Source of the DNA: an uncultured Spirochaetota bacterium
GTDB taxonomy: Bacteria; Spirochaetota; Spirochaetia; SZUA-6; Fen-1364
Length of the DNA: 64,000 bases
Direction of reading: 5' to 3'
Assembly: GCA_963745235.1 (NCBI GenBank)
Contig: CAVUXE010000009.1
Location: 1 to 64,000 of the forward strand
This document shows, in pieces, positions 8,026-20,468 of this stretch. Made by a program: the position numbers and the translations under genes. Every line of letters starts with the position of its first letter. Position 1 is the stretch's first letter. Under the pieces are notes generated by a model, which ran no database searches, had not been told where the DNA came from, and worked only from the letters and a program-made list of their open reading frames with translations.

Positions 8026-8936
8026 CCGGCCCGCTCAAGAGCGGCCTTCACCTCCTTGGGGCGACACGGCCGTGGTCGTTCTCCATGACGGCCGTGTCTG
8101 TCGCCCTCGGGACCCTGGCATCCGGCGTCCGTCCCATAGACTGGTGGCTCGCCCTCCTGACCCTCGCCGGTACTCTCTGCCTTCACGCGGCAACAAACCT
8201 TGCAAATGACTATTACGATTATCTGGGCGGGATCGACAGCGCGGACTCCCCAGGCGTTCGCGCCCGCCACCATCCCCTGGTGGAGAAGACGCTCCTTCCC
8301 CGACAGGTGCTCGCTGGCGCGATGAGCTTCTGGGTGCTTGCCGTCCTTATCGGAACCGGGTTGGGAATTGCCCGAGGCTGGGCGCTGATCGTGCTCACCG
8401 TGGTCGGGGTGACGGCGGGGTACGTCTACTCAGCAGGTCCGCTTCGCCTCAAGGGCCGCGCGATGGGTGAGGTGACGGCGTTCCTGATGTGGGGTCCGGT
8501 GATGGTGCTCGGCGCCTTCTTCGTCCAGACGAGGACTTTTGAAGGGTCGCGGCAGGCCGTGGGCCTGTCCCTGGTTCAGGGCCTGTGGGTGGCGCAGGTC
8601 CTGCTTTCCAACAACCTGAGGGACAGGGAAATCGATGCTGCGCTCAAGATCCACACGCCTGCGACGCTTCTGGGTCTGCAACCAGCGCGCGCCCTGGCCG
8701 TCGCGCTGAGCCTGGCCGCCTACCTCCTGACCGCGGCCGAAGTCCTGCTTGGCCTGCTCCGACCCTGGGCCCTTCTTGTCACGCTCTCCTTTCCGTTGAC
8801 ACTCAGACTGCTCACGTCGCTGTATGGGCGCCACGGCATACCGGCGAAAGCCCCCGCGGAGGCAGCTCGAACGGCACTGCTGTTCGGCCTGCTCCTCATC
8901 CTGTCCCAGGCGCTGGGGCTCTGGCTGCGGGCATAG
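8001..8936 (+). CDS. menA: UbiA-family prenyltransferase, MenA-like
   Basis: ATRPWS, NLANDYYDY..GID and NNLRD..ID aspartate-rich motifs. Confidence 0.8.
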   Translation: MDSGNDEVAGPLKSGLHLLGATRPWSFSMTAVSVALGTLASGVRPIDWWLALLTLAGTLCLHAATNLANDYYDYLGGIDSADSPGVRARHHPLVEKTLLPRQVLAGAMSFWVLAVLIGTGLGIARGWALIVLTVVGVTAGYVYSAGPLRLKGRAMGEVTAFLMWGPVMVLGAFFVQTRTFEGSRQAVGLSLVQGLWVAQVLLSNNLRDREIDAALKIHTPATLLGLQPARALAVALSLAAYLLTAAEVLLGLLRPWALLVTLSFPLTLRLLTSLYGRHGIPAKAPAEAARTALLFGLLLILSQALGLWLRA

Positions 8937-9029
8937 CCGACCTGAACCCTGCCAACGCGGGCCAACGGTGCCAACGCGAACCCCGCTTTACGGAACCGAG
9001 CCGGATCGAGTAGAATGCTCGCCGCACCC

Positions 9030-9302
9030 ATGAAATGGCAGGGGATACTCCGAAACTCCGCGGCCGGAGAGTCGGTCAAAGCAAGCGCCTTGGGGAAGAT
9101 TCCGCATCTCAAGACATGCCCGTACTGGGATCGTGCCACGTTCCTGGGGTGCGTTTCCTGCCAGCTGCAATTCGCAAACTATGACGGCGGCCTCGTGAAG
9201 TACGACAACCGCGTCTACTACGTGAACAGGTCACAGATTGAAGCTCTTCGCGCCTACGTGAGGTGGGACCTCCGCAAGAAGGTCACAGTCATCCAGGACT
9301 GA
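9030..9302 (+). CDS. Hypothetical protein
   Basis: ORF with host-like codon usage; TAGAAT -10-like box upstream; Cys-containing segment CPYW...CVSC. Confidence 0.55.
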   Translation: MKWQGILRNSAAGESVKASALGKIPHLKTCPYWDRATFLGCVSCQLQFANYDGGLVKYDNRVYYVNRSQIEALRAYVRWDLRKKVTVIQD

Positions 9303-9372
9303 TCCCCATGGGGAAGCTGGGGAAGCAGTCCCTCTTGGTCCTCTTTTCCCTTTATGCTACAATCCAGTCCCC

Positions 9373-10998
9373 ATGAGCAAATACATTTTCGTCACCGGCG
9401 GCGTGTGCTCTGGGCTTGGGAAAGGCGTCGCCGCGGCCTCATTGGGGAGCCTCCTGGAAAACAGGGGGTTCAGCATCCGAATGATAAAGATCGACCCGTA
9501 CATCAACGTGGATGCGGGGACGATGAACCCTTACCAGCACGGGGAGGTCTACGTCACCGATGACGGCGCGGAGACGGACCTCGACCTCGGAAATTACAGC
9601 AGGTTCACCTCATCACCCCTGAGCCGCGACAACTCCATCACCACCGGGCAGGTCTACCAGGCGGTCATCACGAAGGAGCGGGAGGGAAGATTCCTCGGCA
9701 GGACCGTTCAGGTCATCCCCCATATCACGGACGAGATCAAGTCCCGCATCTTCCGCGTCGGCGAGCAGCCCGGCGTGGATCTCACCATCGTGGAGATCGG
9801 GGGAACGGTGGGCGATATCGAGAGCGTGCCGTTCCTGGAAGCGGCACGGCAGTTCATCCACGATCTCGGCAAGGAGAACGTGCTGTTCATCCACCTCACC
9901 CTGGTGCCGCAGGTCTACTGGGGAGAGCCCAAGAGCAAGCCCACCCAGCACTCGGTGAGGGAGCTGCGGGAGATCGGGATCCAGCCGGACGTCCTCCTGT
10001 GCCGTTCCTCGAGCCCGCTGGACGAAGACCTCCGCCGCAAGATCTCGCTCTTCACGAACGTTGAGAAAGAGGCCGTGATCTCCGCCTACGATGTGCGGAC
10101 CACCATCTACGAGATCCCCCTGACCTTCGTCGAGCAGAAAGTGGACGAGATCATCGTCAAGAAGCTGGGCCTCGGAGAAAAGGGTCCGTCCCGCGACGGA
10201 TGGCGAAAGGTCGTGAAGCACTTTACCGAGGCAAAGAAGACGGTGCGCGTGGCCGTCGTGGGGAAGTACACCGGGCTGCACGACGCGTACATCTCGATCT
10301 TCGAGTCCCTCTTTCACGGGGGTATCGCCAACGGCGCCCGGGTGCAGCTGGTGAAGTTCGAAAGCGAGGACCTGGAGGACGGGCGGGACCTCTCCGAGGC
10401 GTTTGCCGAATGCGACGGGATCCTGGTGCCCGGCGGCTTCGGGCTGCGCGGGATCGAGGGGATGGTGCGGGCGGCCCAGTACGCACGGGAAAGAAAGATC
10501 CCCTACCTCGGGATCTGCCTGGGCATGCAGATCATGGTCATCGAGTATGCGCGCAACATCCTCGGGATCAAGGATGCGAGCTCAACGGAGTTCGCACCGG
10601 AAACAAAGAATCCCGTGGTGAGCCTCCTGGAAGAACAGGTCGACATCAAGAGTTACGGCGGCACCATGCGCCTTGGCAGGAGCGACACACACCTGAAAGC
10701 CGGATCCAGGATCCACGCGGCATACGGGGCGGAGGTCATTTCGGAGCGCCACCGCCACCGCTACGAGGTTTCCAACCAATACCGCGCGGACCTCGAAGGG
10801 GAAGGGCTCCTGGTGAGCGGGCTCACGCCTGATTCCTCTCTCGTCGAGTCGGTGGAGTGGCCTGACCACCCGTGGGGCGTCGGTGTCCAGTTCCACCCCG
10901 AGTTCAAGTCCAAGCCGCTGGCGCCATCACCACTGTTCAACCAGTTCATTTCCGCATGCCTGATTGCCCAGGAAAAGCTCGCGGCGGTCCACGCGTGA
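9373..10998 (+). CDS. pyrG: CTP synthase
   Basis: [48 protein letters not shown]. Confidence 0.99.
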   Translation: MSKYIFVTGGVCSGLGKGVAAASLGSLLENRGFSIRMIKIDPYINVDAGTMNPYQHGEVYVTDDGAETDLDLGNYSRFTSSPLSRDNSITTGQVYQAVITKEREGRFLGRTVQVIPHITDEIKSRIFRVGEQPGVDLTIVEIGGTVGDIESVPFLEAARQFIHDLGKENVLFIHLTLVPQVYWGEPKSKPTQHSVRELREIGIQPDVLLCRSSSPLDEDLRRKISLFTNVEKEAVISAYDVRTTIYEIPLTFVEQKVDEIIVKKLGLGEKGPSRDGWRKVVKHFTEAKKTVRVAVVGKYTGLHDAYISIFESLFHGGIANGARVQLVKFESEDLEDGRDLSEAFAECDGILVPGGFGLRGIEGMVRAAQYARERKIPYLGICLGMQIMVIEYARNILGIKDASSTEFAPETKNPVVSLLEEQVDIKSYGGTMRLGRSDTHLKAGSRIHAAYGAEVISERHRHRYEVSNQYRADLEGEGLLVSGLTPDSSLVESVEWPDHPWGVGVQFHPEFKSKPLAPSPLFNQFISACLIAQEKLAAVHA

Positions 10999-11573
10999 GC
11001 CCGGCCCGCGCGCGGGGCGCGGGGACTCTCGCGGCCCTGGCTGCAGCCAGCCTTGTTTTTGCCGGATGCAGCATGGATTACAGGGCAACTGAAGTTCCAG
11101 AGAAGACGGGTGAGGGAATCCCGGACACGGTGGCCGTCGGGGTCGTGCACAAGATCTTCAAGAACGGGCATCTTTCCCTGGTCCTGGAGGCCTCCCGCGC
11201 GGAAACCTTCAATTCGTTGAAGAAGACGGTCCTTTCCAACGCGCGCTTCGAAGAGCTGGACGCCAAGGGCGGAATTGCCACGGAGGGCCAGGCGGGCAGT
11301 ATCGTCTTCCACTCGGAGAGCGAGAACGCGGAGATCTCGGGGTCTGTCAGCGTGCGCTCAGCCTCCGACAAGGCGGTGGTGTCTGCTGACTCGTTCTCCT
11401 GGGAGAACAAGGAAAAGAGGCTTGCCGCCCCGCCGGGGGAGGCAGTGATGGTCAAGAAGGATGACGGCTCCTTCATCCAGGGCACCGGTTTCGTGGGGGA
11501 CTTCCGCACCCGGCAGGTCGCCTTCTCCGGACCGGTCGAGGGCACGTATGTGTGGGAAGAGAAGAAAAAGTAG
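10995..11573 (+). CDS. lptC: LptC-like lipoprotein
   Basis: GTG overlapping pyrG stop; lipobox-like FAGC; beta-jellyroll-like pattern; position before lptA/lptB. Confidence 0.75.
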   Translation: MSPARARGAGTLAALAAASLVFAGCSMDYRATEVPEKTGEGIPDTVAVGVVHKIFKNGHLSLVLEASRAETFNSLKKTVLSNARFEELDAKGGIATEGQAGSIVFHSESENAEISGSVSVRSASDKAVVSADSFSWENKEKRLAAPPGEAVMVKKDDGSFIQGTGFVGDFRTRQVAFSGPVEGTYVWEEKKK

Positions 11574-12378
11574 GACCCTCACGCTGTGCGCCGCTTTGTT
11601 TCTGGTGACCCAGGCGCTGGCGGCCGAAACGCAGACCTTTACGTATTCGGGTGACAGCATGAGCACGGTCCTTGCGGAGGGAAACCAGCAGGCTCTCCTC
11701 AGCGGCCACGCGCGCGTGGACACGGAGGACCTGCGCATCACCGCGGACCAGATCCTGCTGTTCGGCAAGGACTTCGTCTACGCGCAGGCGAGCGGGAACG
11801 TGCATGTCGTTGATTCCAAGAGAGGCCTTGACCTGCGCAGCGAGCACCTGTTCTACGACCGGGACAGAAAGATCTCCCGTGTCACCGGGGACGCGGTGAT
11901 GGCGGACGTCAAGAACGAGATGGTGGTGAAAGGCGGTTTCATCGAGGACCGGGACACGGAGAAGCTCACCATCGTGCAGATCGGGGTCCGCATCCTGAAA
12001 AAAGATCTCGTCTGCCGCGCGGAGTTTGCAAAGTACTGGCGAGACAAGAAGCTCGTCGAGCTTTCCGGCATGCCATGGGTGTCACGGAGAGACGACGTCT
12101 ACCAGGCCGCCCGGATCACAATCAACCTGGACACGGAGGAGATAAGCCTGGAAGGCGACGTGCAGGGAACCATCCAGTCCGAGAAGAAAGCGTCTCCCTC
12201 TACGTCACAGCCCACCGTCGCCCCGCAGACTGCCCCGGGGTCTTCGCCGGCGCCCGGAAGCTCAGCCGCGCCGGCAGCCACGCCCCCAGCAGCGCCAACA
12301 CCCGCGCCGTCGTCCACCACACCTCCTTCGCAGCCCTCGTCTCCCTCTGGCACCGGCAAGGGGCCCGGAGGTGGGTGA
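11548..12378 (+). CDS. lptA: LptA/OstA-family protein with Pro/Ser/Ala-rich tail
   Basis: Signal peptide, LSGHARV..ITADQI..ASGNV pattern; synteny. Confidence 0.8.
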   Translation: MCGKRRKSRTLTLCAALFLVTQALAAETQTFTYSGDSMSTVLAEGNQQALLSGHARVDTEDLRITADQILLFGKDFVYAQASGNVHVVDSKRGLDLRSEHLFYDRDRKISRVTGDAVMADVKNEMVVKGGFIEDRDTEKLTIVQIGVRILKKDLVCRAEFAKYWRDKKLVELSGMPWVSRRDDVYQAARITINLDTEEISLEGDVQGTIQSEKKASPSTSQPTVAPQTAPGSSPAPGSSAAPAATPPAAPTPAPSSTTPPSQPSSPSGTGKGPGGG

Positions 12379-13105
12379 AAACGGCAAGCTCTTCCTGGAG
12401 GGCCTGGTCAAGTTCTTCGGCCGCAAAGAAGCGGTCAGGGGCGTCACGTTCTCCATGGACAGCGGGGAAGTGGTCGGCCTCCTGGGTCCCAACGGCGCCG
12501 GCAAGACCACGGTTTTCTACATGGTGGTGGGATTCATCCGGCCCACCGCGGGGCGGATCTGGCTCAACGGCCACGACGTCACCGGTCTGCCCATGTTCAA
12601 GCGCGCGCGCCTTGGCATCTCCTACCTGCCGCAGGAACCGTCGGTCTTCAGAAAGCTCTCGGTGGAGGACAACGTTGCGGCTATCATCGAGACCCGCGCC
12701 TCTCTCACCAGGAGTGAAAAGAACCACCTCCTCGACAGGCTGCTCGATGACCTGGGGATCACGCACCTTCGCCGGCAAAAGGCGTACACGCTTTCCGGAG
12801 GCGAGCGTCGGCGCACGGAGATCGCCCGGTCGCTGGCCATCGAGCCCAAGTTCCTCCTCCTGGACGAGCCCTTTGCAGGCATCGACCCCATAACCGTCTC
12901 CGAGCTCAAGGGCATCGTGCAGCGGCTCTCCACGCGGGGCATTGGCGTCCTTCTCACGGACCACAACGTTCGCGACACCCTGGAGATAACGCATCGGTCC
13001 CATATCATCAACCTCGGGGAGGTCCTTGTGAGCGGCAGCCGGGAGGAGATCCTGGCCAGCGAGCTGGCCCGAAGGATCTACCTTGGCCACGAGTTCGAGA
13101 TATAG
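12371..13105 (+). CDS. lptB: LPS export ABC transporter ATPase
   Basis: GPNGAGKTT, YLPQEPSVFRKL, LSGGERRR, LLLDEPFAGIDP, TDHNVRDTL. Confidence 0.97.
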   Translation: MGENGKLFLEGLVKFFGRKEAVRGVTFSMDSGEVVGLLGPNGAGKTTVFYMVVGFIRPTAGRIWLNGHDVTGLPMFKRARLGISYLPQEPSVFRKLSVEDNVAAIIETRASLTRSEKNHLLDRLLDDLGITHLRRQKAYTLSGGERRRTEIARSLAIEPKFLLLDEPFAGIDPITVSELKGIVQRLSTRGIGVLLTDHNVRDTLEITHRSHIINLGEVLVSGSREEILASELARRIYLGHEFEI

Positions 13106-13143
13106 TCCTGGGGCGGCGAAGCCGTGCGAGTATCCGATAAACA

Positions 13144-13188
13144 TTGACAAACTGATCCGCCCTGCCGCACAATTGGCACGGAGGTAGC
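13144..13188 (+). promoter_or_regulatory. Internal sigma70-like promoter overlapped by a sigma54 (-24/-12) site at the rpoN RBS
   Basis: TTGACA 13144-13149, CACAAT 13168-13173; TTGGCACGGAGGTAGC gives GG-N10-GC at 13175-13188. Confidence 0.6.
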
Positions 13189-14578
13189 GTGCAGTCCCAG
13201 CGACCCGTTCTCAAGCAGGTCCAGAAGCTCAAAATGACGCCTCAGCTGTACCAGGCGGTCAGGCTCATGGCCCTGCCCTTGCAGGAGCTGCGCACCACCA
13301 TCGATGAAGAGCTGGAGAAGAACCCGGCTCTCCAGGTGCTTGAAGACAGGTCCACGGTCTCCCTGGACGACCTGCCGGCGCGGGAGAAGAGCGAGGGGGA
13401 CGGGGACTACTTCGATCATTCCTCAGACACCGGGTACTCCCGCGCCGACGCGGAAGCCGCCAGCGACGCCCGGCGGCAGTTCATCGAGGGCGCTCTCTCC
13501 CTGCCGGAGAGCCTCCAGGAGCACCTCTTGTGGCAGCTCAGGCTGCAGCCCATACCTGATGTGTGGAAGACCGTCGGGGAGCTCCTGATCCGAAACCTGG
13601 ACGAGAACGGCTTTCACAGAGAACCTCCTGAGATCCTTCTCAAGGAAGACAAGGAGAAGGAAGTGCTCGCCAGGGTGATGGACCTCATCCAGGGTTTCGA
13701 ACCCCTCGGAGTCTGCGTGAAAGACGTGCAGGAGAGCCTCCTGGTGCAGATCCGACGCCACCCCGCGCCTCATCCCAAAGCGGCGGAGCTCGTTGAGAAA
13801 TGGTTCTCGGAGCTGGAAAAGCAGAAGCTGCGGGATATCGAGAGAGGAATGCGCATTTCGGAGACACGGCTGAAGGAGATCATCGCTTTCATCCGCACGC
13901 TGGACCCGCTTCCAGGGAGGAGCTACAGCAGGGACGTGGTGCGCTACGTCCTGCCCGGATGTGCAGGTCACGCTCCGCGACGGAGAGTTCGTGATTATAT
14001 TGAACGATGAGGTGATCCCCGTCCTGGGCCTCAATCCGCTGTTCCAGGAGATGGCGGGCGGGAAGGAGAAGCAAAAGGACCCGAAGACCCGGCAGTTCGT
14101 CACGCAGAACCTCCAGGACGCGCGGTGGTTCATCCGGACCATCGGGCAAAGGAACGAGACCCTGCTGAAGGTCTGCCGCGCAATCGTTGAGTTCCAGCGG
14201 GAGTTCTTCCTCAAGGGGCCGAAGTACCTGAGGCCGCTGACCCTCAAGGACATCGCCGGGGAGATCGGCGTCCACGAAGCCACCGTGTCCAGGATCACCT
14301 CCGCGAAGTACATCCAGACAGAGTGGGGTATCTTCGCCCTGAAGCACTTTTTTTCCAACTCAGTCGCGGGCACGGGCAGCACCGGCTCGCGATTCTCGAA
14401 GGAGGGGGTCAAGGAAATCATCCGGGAAATCATCGGGAAGGAGGGAGGGGGGACCCTTTCCGACCAGAGGATCGTCGAGATGCTGGCCGTGCAGGGCGTT
14501 TCAATCGCCCGCAGGACGGTTGCCAAATACCGGGGGGAGCTGGCCATCGACTCTTCCTACCAGAGGAGGCGCACATGA
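13189..14578 (+). CDS. rpoN: RNA polymerase sigma-54 factor (one frameshift near 13955, probably a sequencing error)
   Basis: MTPQLYQAVRLM..L, IRNLDENGF, HEATVSR, RpoN box IARRTVAKYR, split over two frames. Confidence 0.95.
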
Positions 14579-14898
14579 ACGTCGAGATAAAAGGGATACA
14601 CCTGGAAGTTACGCAGAGAATCAGGGATTACATCGATACGAAGATGCCCCGTCTGGATTTCGCGAAAGACCTCATGGTGGATTTTCTGCTCAACCTCACG
14701 AAGGAGAAGAACCTCTTCAAGGTGGATGCAACGGTCAACTTCCGCTGGGGAAGCACCATCCACATGGGGGTCGAAAACTTCAACCTCAATACCGGGGTGG
14801 ACGACCTGTTCGACAGGCTCGAGGCCAAGGTGGAGAAAGAGAAGTCGAAGATCCAGGAGCATCACAAGAAGCAGGAGCCCGCGCGGGAAGAGGGCTAG
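14575..14898 (+). CDS. hpf: Ribosome hibernation promoting factor (HPF/RaiA)
   Basis: MNVEIKGIHLEVTQRIRDYI..K; follows rpoN with overlapping stop/start. Confidence 0.9.
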   Translation: MNVEIKGIHLEVTQRIRDYIDTKMPRLDFAKDLMVDFLLNLTKEKNLFKVDATVNFRWGSTIHMGVENFNLNTGVDDLFDRLEAKVEKEKSKIQEHHKKQEPAREEG

Positions 14899-14904
14899 GC
14901 AGGA

Positions 14905-15888
14905 ATGGCTTCCCAGATTGAGAAGTTCAGAGTGCTGGATCTCCTCCAGCTCGACCTGCGGGAGAACGACGCTCTCAACCTGAAATGTATCGGAGGCAGG
15001 CCCGGGCTCATCCGGGAGATCTCGGTCACGGAGATCAACAGGCCGGGGCTGGAGCTGGGCGGATTTTACGAGAACTTTGCCCACCAGCGCATACAGATTT
15101 TCGGAAGGGGAGAGAACGCCTTCCTCCAGAAACTGGCCAAGGAGAAGCGGCGGGAGGAGATGGAGAAGCTCTTCACCTTCCCCATCCCCTGCTGCGTGTT
15201 CACGCATTCCCTGCAGCCCACGGCGGACTTCTTCGACATCGCGGAGAAGGCCGGCTGCGCCATCCTCCAGACCGACCTCTCGTCATCCGAGTTCACCATG
15301 CGAATCCTGCGAGTGCTGTCCACCATCTTCGCGCCCAAGCAGACGGTTCACGGCGTGCTGGTGGAAGTGTTCGGCATCGGCGTGCTCCTGGAAGGGGACA
15401 GCGGGGTCGGAAAGAGCGAGTCTGCCCTGTCGCTCATCGAGCGGGGGCATCGCCTCGTTGCGGACGACTCGGTGGAGATCCGCCGGGTGAGCGGCAACAT
15501 CCTCATGGGCAGCGGCGCGCAGGTCGTGAGCCACCACATGGAGATCCGGGGCCTCGGAATCATCAATATCACCCACCTTTTCGGTGTAGGCGCCATCAGG
15601 GACAGGAAGCAGATTCAGCTGGTGGTGCAGCTCGAGTACTGGGATGCCAAGAAGAACTATGACAGGATCGGCGCGGAGGAGAACACCATCGACATCCTTG
15701 GCGTCCACGTTCCCTGCGTGGTCATCCCCATCAAGCCGGGACGGAACATCCCCGTGATCATCGAGACCGCTGCCCGCAACGAGCGACTCAAGAAGATGGG
15801 CTACTACTCGGCCCGGGAGTTCAACAAGAACGTGATGAACTGGCTGGAGACCGAGAGCACGCGCGTGAAATTCCTGAATGAGAAATGA
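14905..15888 (+). CDS. hprK: HPr kinase/phosphorylase
   Basis: INRPGLEL, HGVLVEVFGIGVLLEGDSGVGKSE, GHRLVADD, MEIRGLGII, PGRN. Confidence 0.98.
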   Translation: MASQIEKFRVLDLLQLDLRENDALNLKCIGGRPGLIREISVTEINRPGLELGGFYENFAHQRIQIFGRGENAFLQKLAKEKRREEMEKLFTFPIPCCVFTHSLQPTADFFDIAEKAGCAILQTDLSSSEFTMRILRVLSTIFAPKQTVHGVLVEVFGIGVLLEGDSGVGKSESALSLIERGHRLVADDSVEIRRVSGNILMGSGAQVVSHHMEIRGLGIINITHLFGVGAIRDRKQIQLVVQLEYWDAKKNYDRIGAEENTIDILGVHVPCVVIPIKPGRNIPVIIETAARNERLKKMGYYSAREFNKNVMNWLETESTRVKFLNEK

Positions 15889-15894
15889 GGGCAC

Positions 15895-16161
15895 ATGGTC
15901 GAGCGCATCGTCACAATTCGCAACAGGGCGGGCATGCATGCCCGCCCGGCGGCTCTCCTGGTGAAGACGGCCGCCGAGTTCGAGTCAAGGATCTACATAG
16001 AGAAGGACAGCGAGCGGGTCAACGGGAAGTCGATCATGGGCGTGATCACGCTGGGGGCCACCTACAACACGCCCCTGAAAGTCATCGCCGACGGGCCGGA
16101 CGAGGCGCAGGCCCTTGATGCCATCGAGAAGCTCTTCGAGAACCGCTTCGAGGAGGAGTGA
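15895..16161 (+). CDS. ptsH: HPr phosphocarrier protein
   Basis: GMHARPAA (His15), NGKSIMG (Ser46). Confidence 0.97.
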   Translation: MVERIVTIRNRAGMHARPAALLVKTAAEFESRIYIEKDSERVNGKSIMGVITLGATYNTPLKVIADGPDEAQALDAIEKLFENRFEEE

Positions 16162-16711
16162 GCCCCGGGCGCTGCGGCCCATCCTCCTGGTATTCCTGGC
16201 CGCCCTGGCCGCAGCCCCGGCAGCCGCCCAGTCCCTGGACCTGGGCGTGAGCGTGCGCCCTGACGGAATCCGCGCAAACCTCCTTTTCCAATGGACCAGG
16301 GAGGAAGAGCTCGTTTCCTCCCTGCGGGACGGAATGGAGGCGCGGATCGTGTTCACCCTCAGGGTCTACCAGCGCAGGGGCGGGCTTCTGCCCCTTTTCC
16401 GCGACAGGCTCCTGGCGGAGACGCGCGTGGCGCGTAGCGCGTTCTGGGATTTCCTTGACAGGAAGTTCATCGTGGAGTCAGACGACGGCTCGCGCGCAGC
16501 CTACACGAGCTCTTCCGAGCTGCTCACCGGCTTCTTTTCCCTCAGGGATTTCCCCGTCCTGCGGCTTCCGCCCCGGCCGGGGGAGCTGCGCTACGTCACC
16601 GCCCGGGCCCGGCTCGAACCGGTGCGGCTCATGCCCCCTCTCACCATCGTGACGCTGGCCGGTGAGGCCGCCTCCTACACCACCCGCTGGGAGCGGCGGG
16701 ACGCCCAATGA
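16158..16711 (+). CDS. DUF4390-like exported protein (start uncertain)
   Basis: Signal peptide; position directly upstream of an NtrY-like kinase; GTG at 16158 is out of frame, so there may be an indel. Confidence 0.55.
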
Positions 16712-18491
16712 GACGGCCCCTTGGCGCTCCGGAAAATACATCGCGCGGCCTCATCATCCTCATCCTTCTCTTCGTGATCCTCATCGGGGTCATCATCGCT
16801 TTCTCCCGCACCTTCATCACCACGATCGCGGGCACGGAGACCGCCCCCACCACGATTGCCCTCGTGGTGGCCTTCGCCCTTTCCCTCGTCCTGCTGGGCG
16901 TCACCGTCTTTCAGATCGTCCGCCTGCTGCGCCAGCGCGCCATGCGCCAGGCGGGGGCGGGCCTGAAGCTGCGGCTCACTCTGTTCTTCATCCTGATCAC
17001 CGTTTTGTCGGCGGTGCCGCAGTCCCTGCTCGCAATCACCTTCATCAATTCCGCCATGGGAACGTGGTTCAGCTCCTCCATCGGAGAAGCGCTCCGGGGC
17101 GCCTCCCGGATGGCCATCGACTACCAGGACGAGCGCGTGCAGAACCTCAGGTCCTTCGCCGAGGGCTCGCTTGCTCCCTCCCTCATGCGCCAGTTCGCCC
17201 GGGACCCGGATACGGCCTGGCAATCCATCCAGGAGATCAACGCCGGGGTCAGCGCGCTGCAGCTGTTCCGGCCGGACGGCACCGAGATCGCCTTCCGCGG
17301 TGATCAGCGAACCCGCATCACAGACTTTTCCACCGTGGAAGGCACCGGCGGGATCCAGCCGCGGGAGGACAGGAGCGACATCAGCATCCTGCGGGACGTG
17401 AAGGTCATCACCCTGGACGGCAAGCGGGTCACCGCCGTGGCAAGCTCGCTTCTGCCGGGCACGCTGCGGGCCAACGCTCGTCGACTCACGGAAAGCCTGA
17501 CGCTGTTCACGGCGCTGGACCGGTTCCGGGAGCTCTTCCAGATCGTGCTCGTCGGGTTCTTCTTCCTGTTCTCTCTGCCCATCTTCTTCATCACCATCCT
17601 GGTCAGTCTCCTCCTCACGGAGCGGATCATCAGCCCCATCGTTCACCTGGAGGATGCCACCCGACGGGTCGCGGAGGGGGACTTCAGCTTCCGCATCCTC
17701 ACGCGCCCGCGGGACGAGCTGTCCGGCCTGGTGGAGTCCTTCAACGGGATGGTCTCAGAGCTCGACCGCTCGCGCAGGAAGCTCCTCCAGGCGGAGCGCA
17801 TCACGGCCTGGCAGGAGATTGCCCAGCGCCTGGCGCACGAGATCAGGAACCCGCTGACACCCATCAAGCTCTCCGCCCAGAGGATCCTCAAGAAGCACGC
17901 GGATGCTCCTCCCGGCGGAGAGGAGTTCGGCAGGGTCCTTGGCTCCTCGGTGTCTGCCATCATCAAGGAAGTGGATAACCTGGAAAGGCTGCTGCGGGAG
18001 TTCGGGGACTTCGCAAAGCTTCCCGTGCCTCAGCCGCTGCCGGTCAACATGAAGGAGATCCTGCAGGAGGTCACCTCGGTCTACGCAAGCCTGTCCTCCA
18101 GCGTAAAGATAGACATCGCCAGCGTGCCGGATTCCCTGGTGCTCAGCGTGGACCGGGCCCAGATGAAGCGGGTCTTCGCGAACCTCTTCACCAACGCCAT
18201 TCAGGCGATGCCGGAAGGGGGCCTGGTCGGCGTGCGGGCGGACATCGTGAAGAAAGCCCATATTTCCTACTGCCGCATCGCGGTGAGCGACAGCGGCACG
18301 GGAATAGCGGAACAGGACCGTGAGCGGATCTTCGACCCCTATTTCACCACCAAGAAGGACGGCACGGGCCTCGGACTTGCCATCGTGCAGCGCATCGTGT
18401 TCGACCACAAGGGAAACGTGTGGGCGGAAAGCGATGGGTCCAGCGGCACCACCATCTTCATCGACATCCCCACCAGCGCAGGAGCCACCGC

Positions 18492-18495
<4 letters not shown>
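16708..18495 (+). CDS. NtrY-like membrane sensor histidine kinase (HAMP, HisKA, HATPase)
   Basis: AWQEIAQRLAHEIRNPLTPIKLSA, NLFTNAIQA, DSGTGI, FDPYFTTK, GTGLGL. Confidence 0.93.
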
Positions 18496-19856
<1,361 letters not shown>

Positions 19857-19862
19857 GCGCCA

Positions 19863-20468
19863 ATGAAAGGACTCACCCAGCGTCAGCGGGAGGTCTTCGA
19901 TTTCATCCGCGAGTTCATCCGCAAGAACCGCTACCCTCCCACCATCCGGGAGATCGCCATCAATTTCCGTTTCTCCGTCAAGGGAAGCTACGACCACGTC
20001 AAGGCGCTGGAAAAAAAGGGCTACCTTCGCTGCCATGAGAACAGGTCCCGGGCAATCGAGATCATCCGGGACGCGGAGGCGGACAAGGAAGAGGTGGCCT
20101 CCGTCCCGCTCCTGGGGAACGTGGCCGCGGGAAAGCCGCTCTTTGCGGAGGAGAACCTGCAGGGCTACGTCCAGGTCCCCGCCAGCGCGCTGGGGGCCTC
20201 CGCGCATTTCGCCCTCCAGGTCAAGGGAGACAGCATGAAGGACGCCGGCATCATGGACGGGGACGTGGTCGTGGTGGCCCACCAGAGCACGGCGGACAAT
20301 GGGGACATCGTGGTGGCCATGGTGGACGACGCGGTGACGCTGAAGCGTTTCTTCGTGGAGAAAAACCGCGTCCGCCTGAAGGCGGAAAACCCCAAGTACC
20401 CTCCCCTGTACACCCAGAACGTCCGCATCCTCGGCAAGCTCGCCTTCCTCATGAGAAGCTACGCGTGA
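19863..20468 (+). CDS. lexA: SOS repressor LexA
   Basis: LTQRQ..PPTIREI wHTH, VAAG cleavage site, GDSM (Ser), TLKRF (Lys). Confidence 0.96.
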   Translation: MKGLTQRQREVFDFIREFIRKNRYPPTIREIAINFRFSVKGSYDHVKALEKKGYLRCHENRSRAIEIIRDAEADKEEVASVPLLGNVAAGKPLFAEENLQGYVQVPASALGASAHFALQVKGDSMKDAGIMDGDVVVVAHQSTADNGDIVVAMVDDAVTLKRFFVEKNRVRLKAENPKYPPLYTQNVRILGKLAFLMRSYA

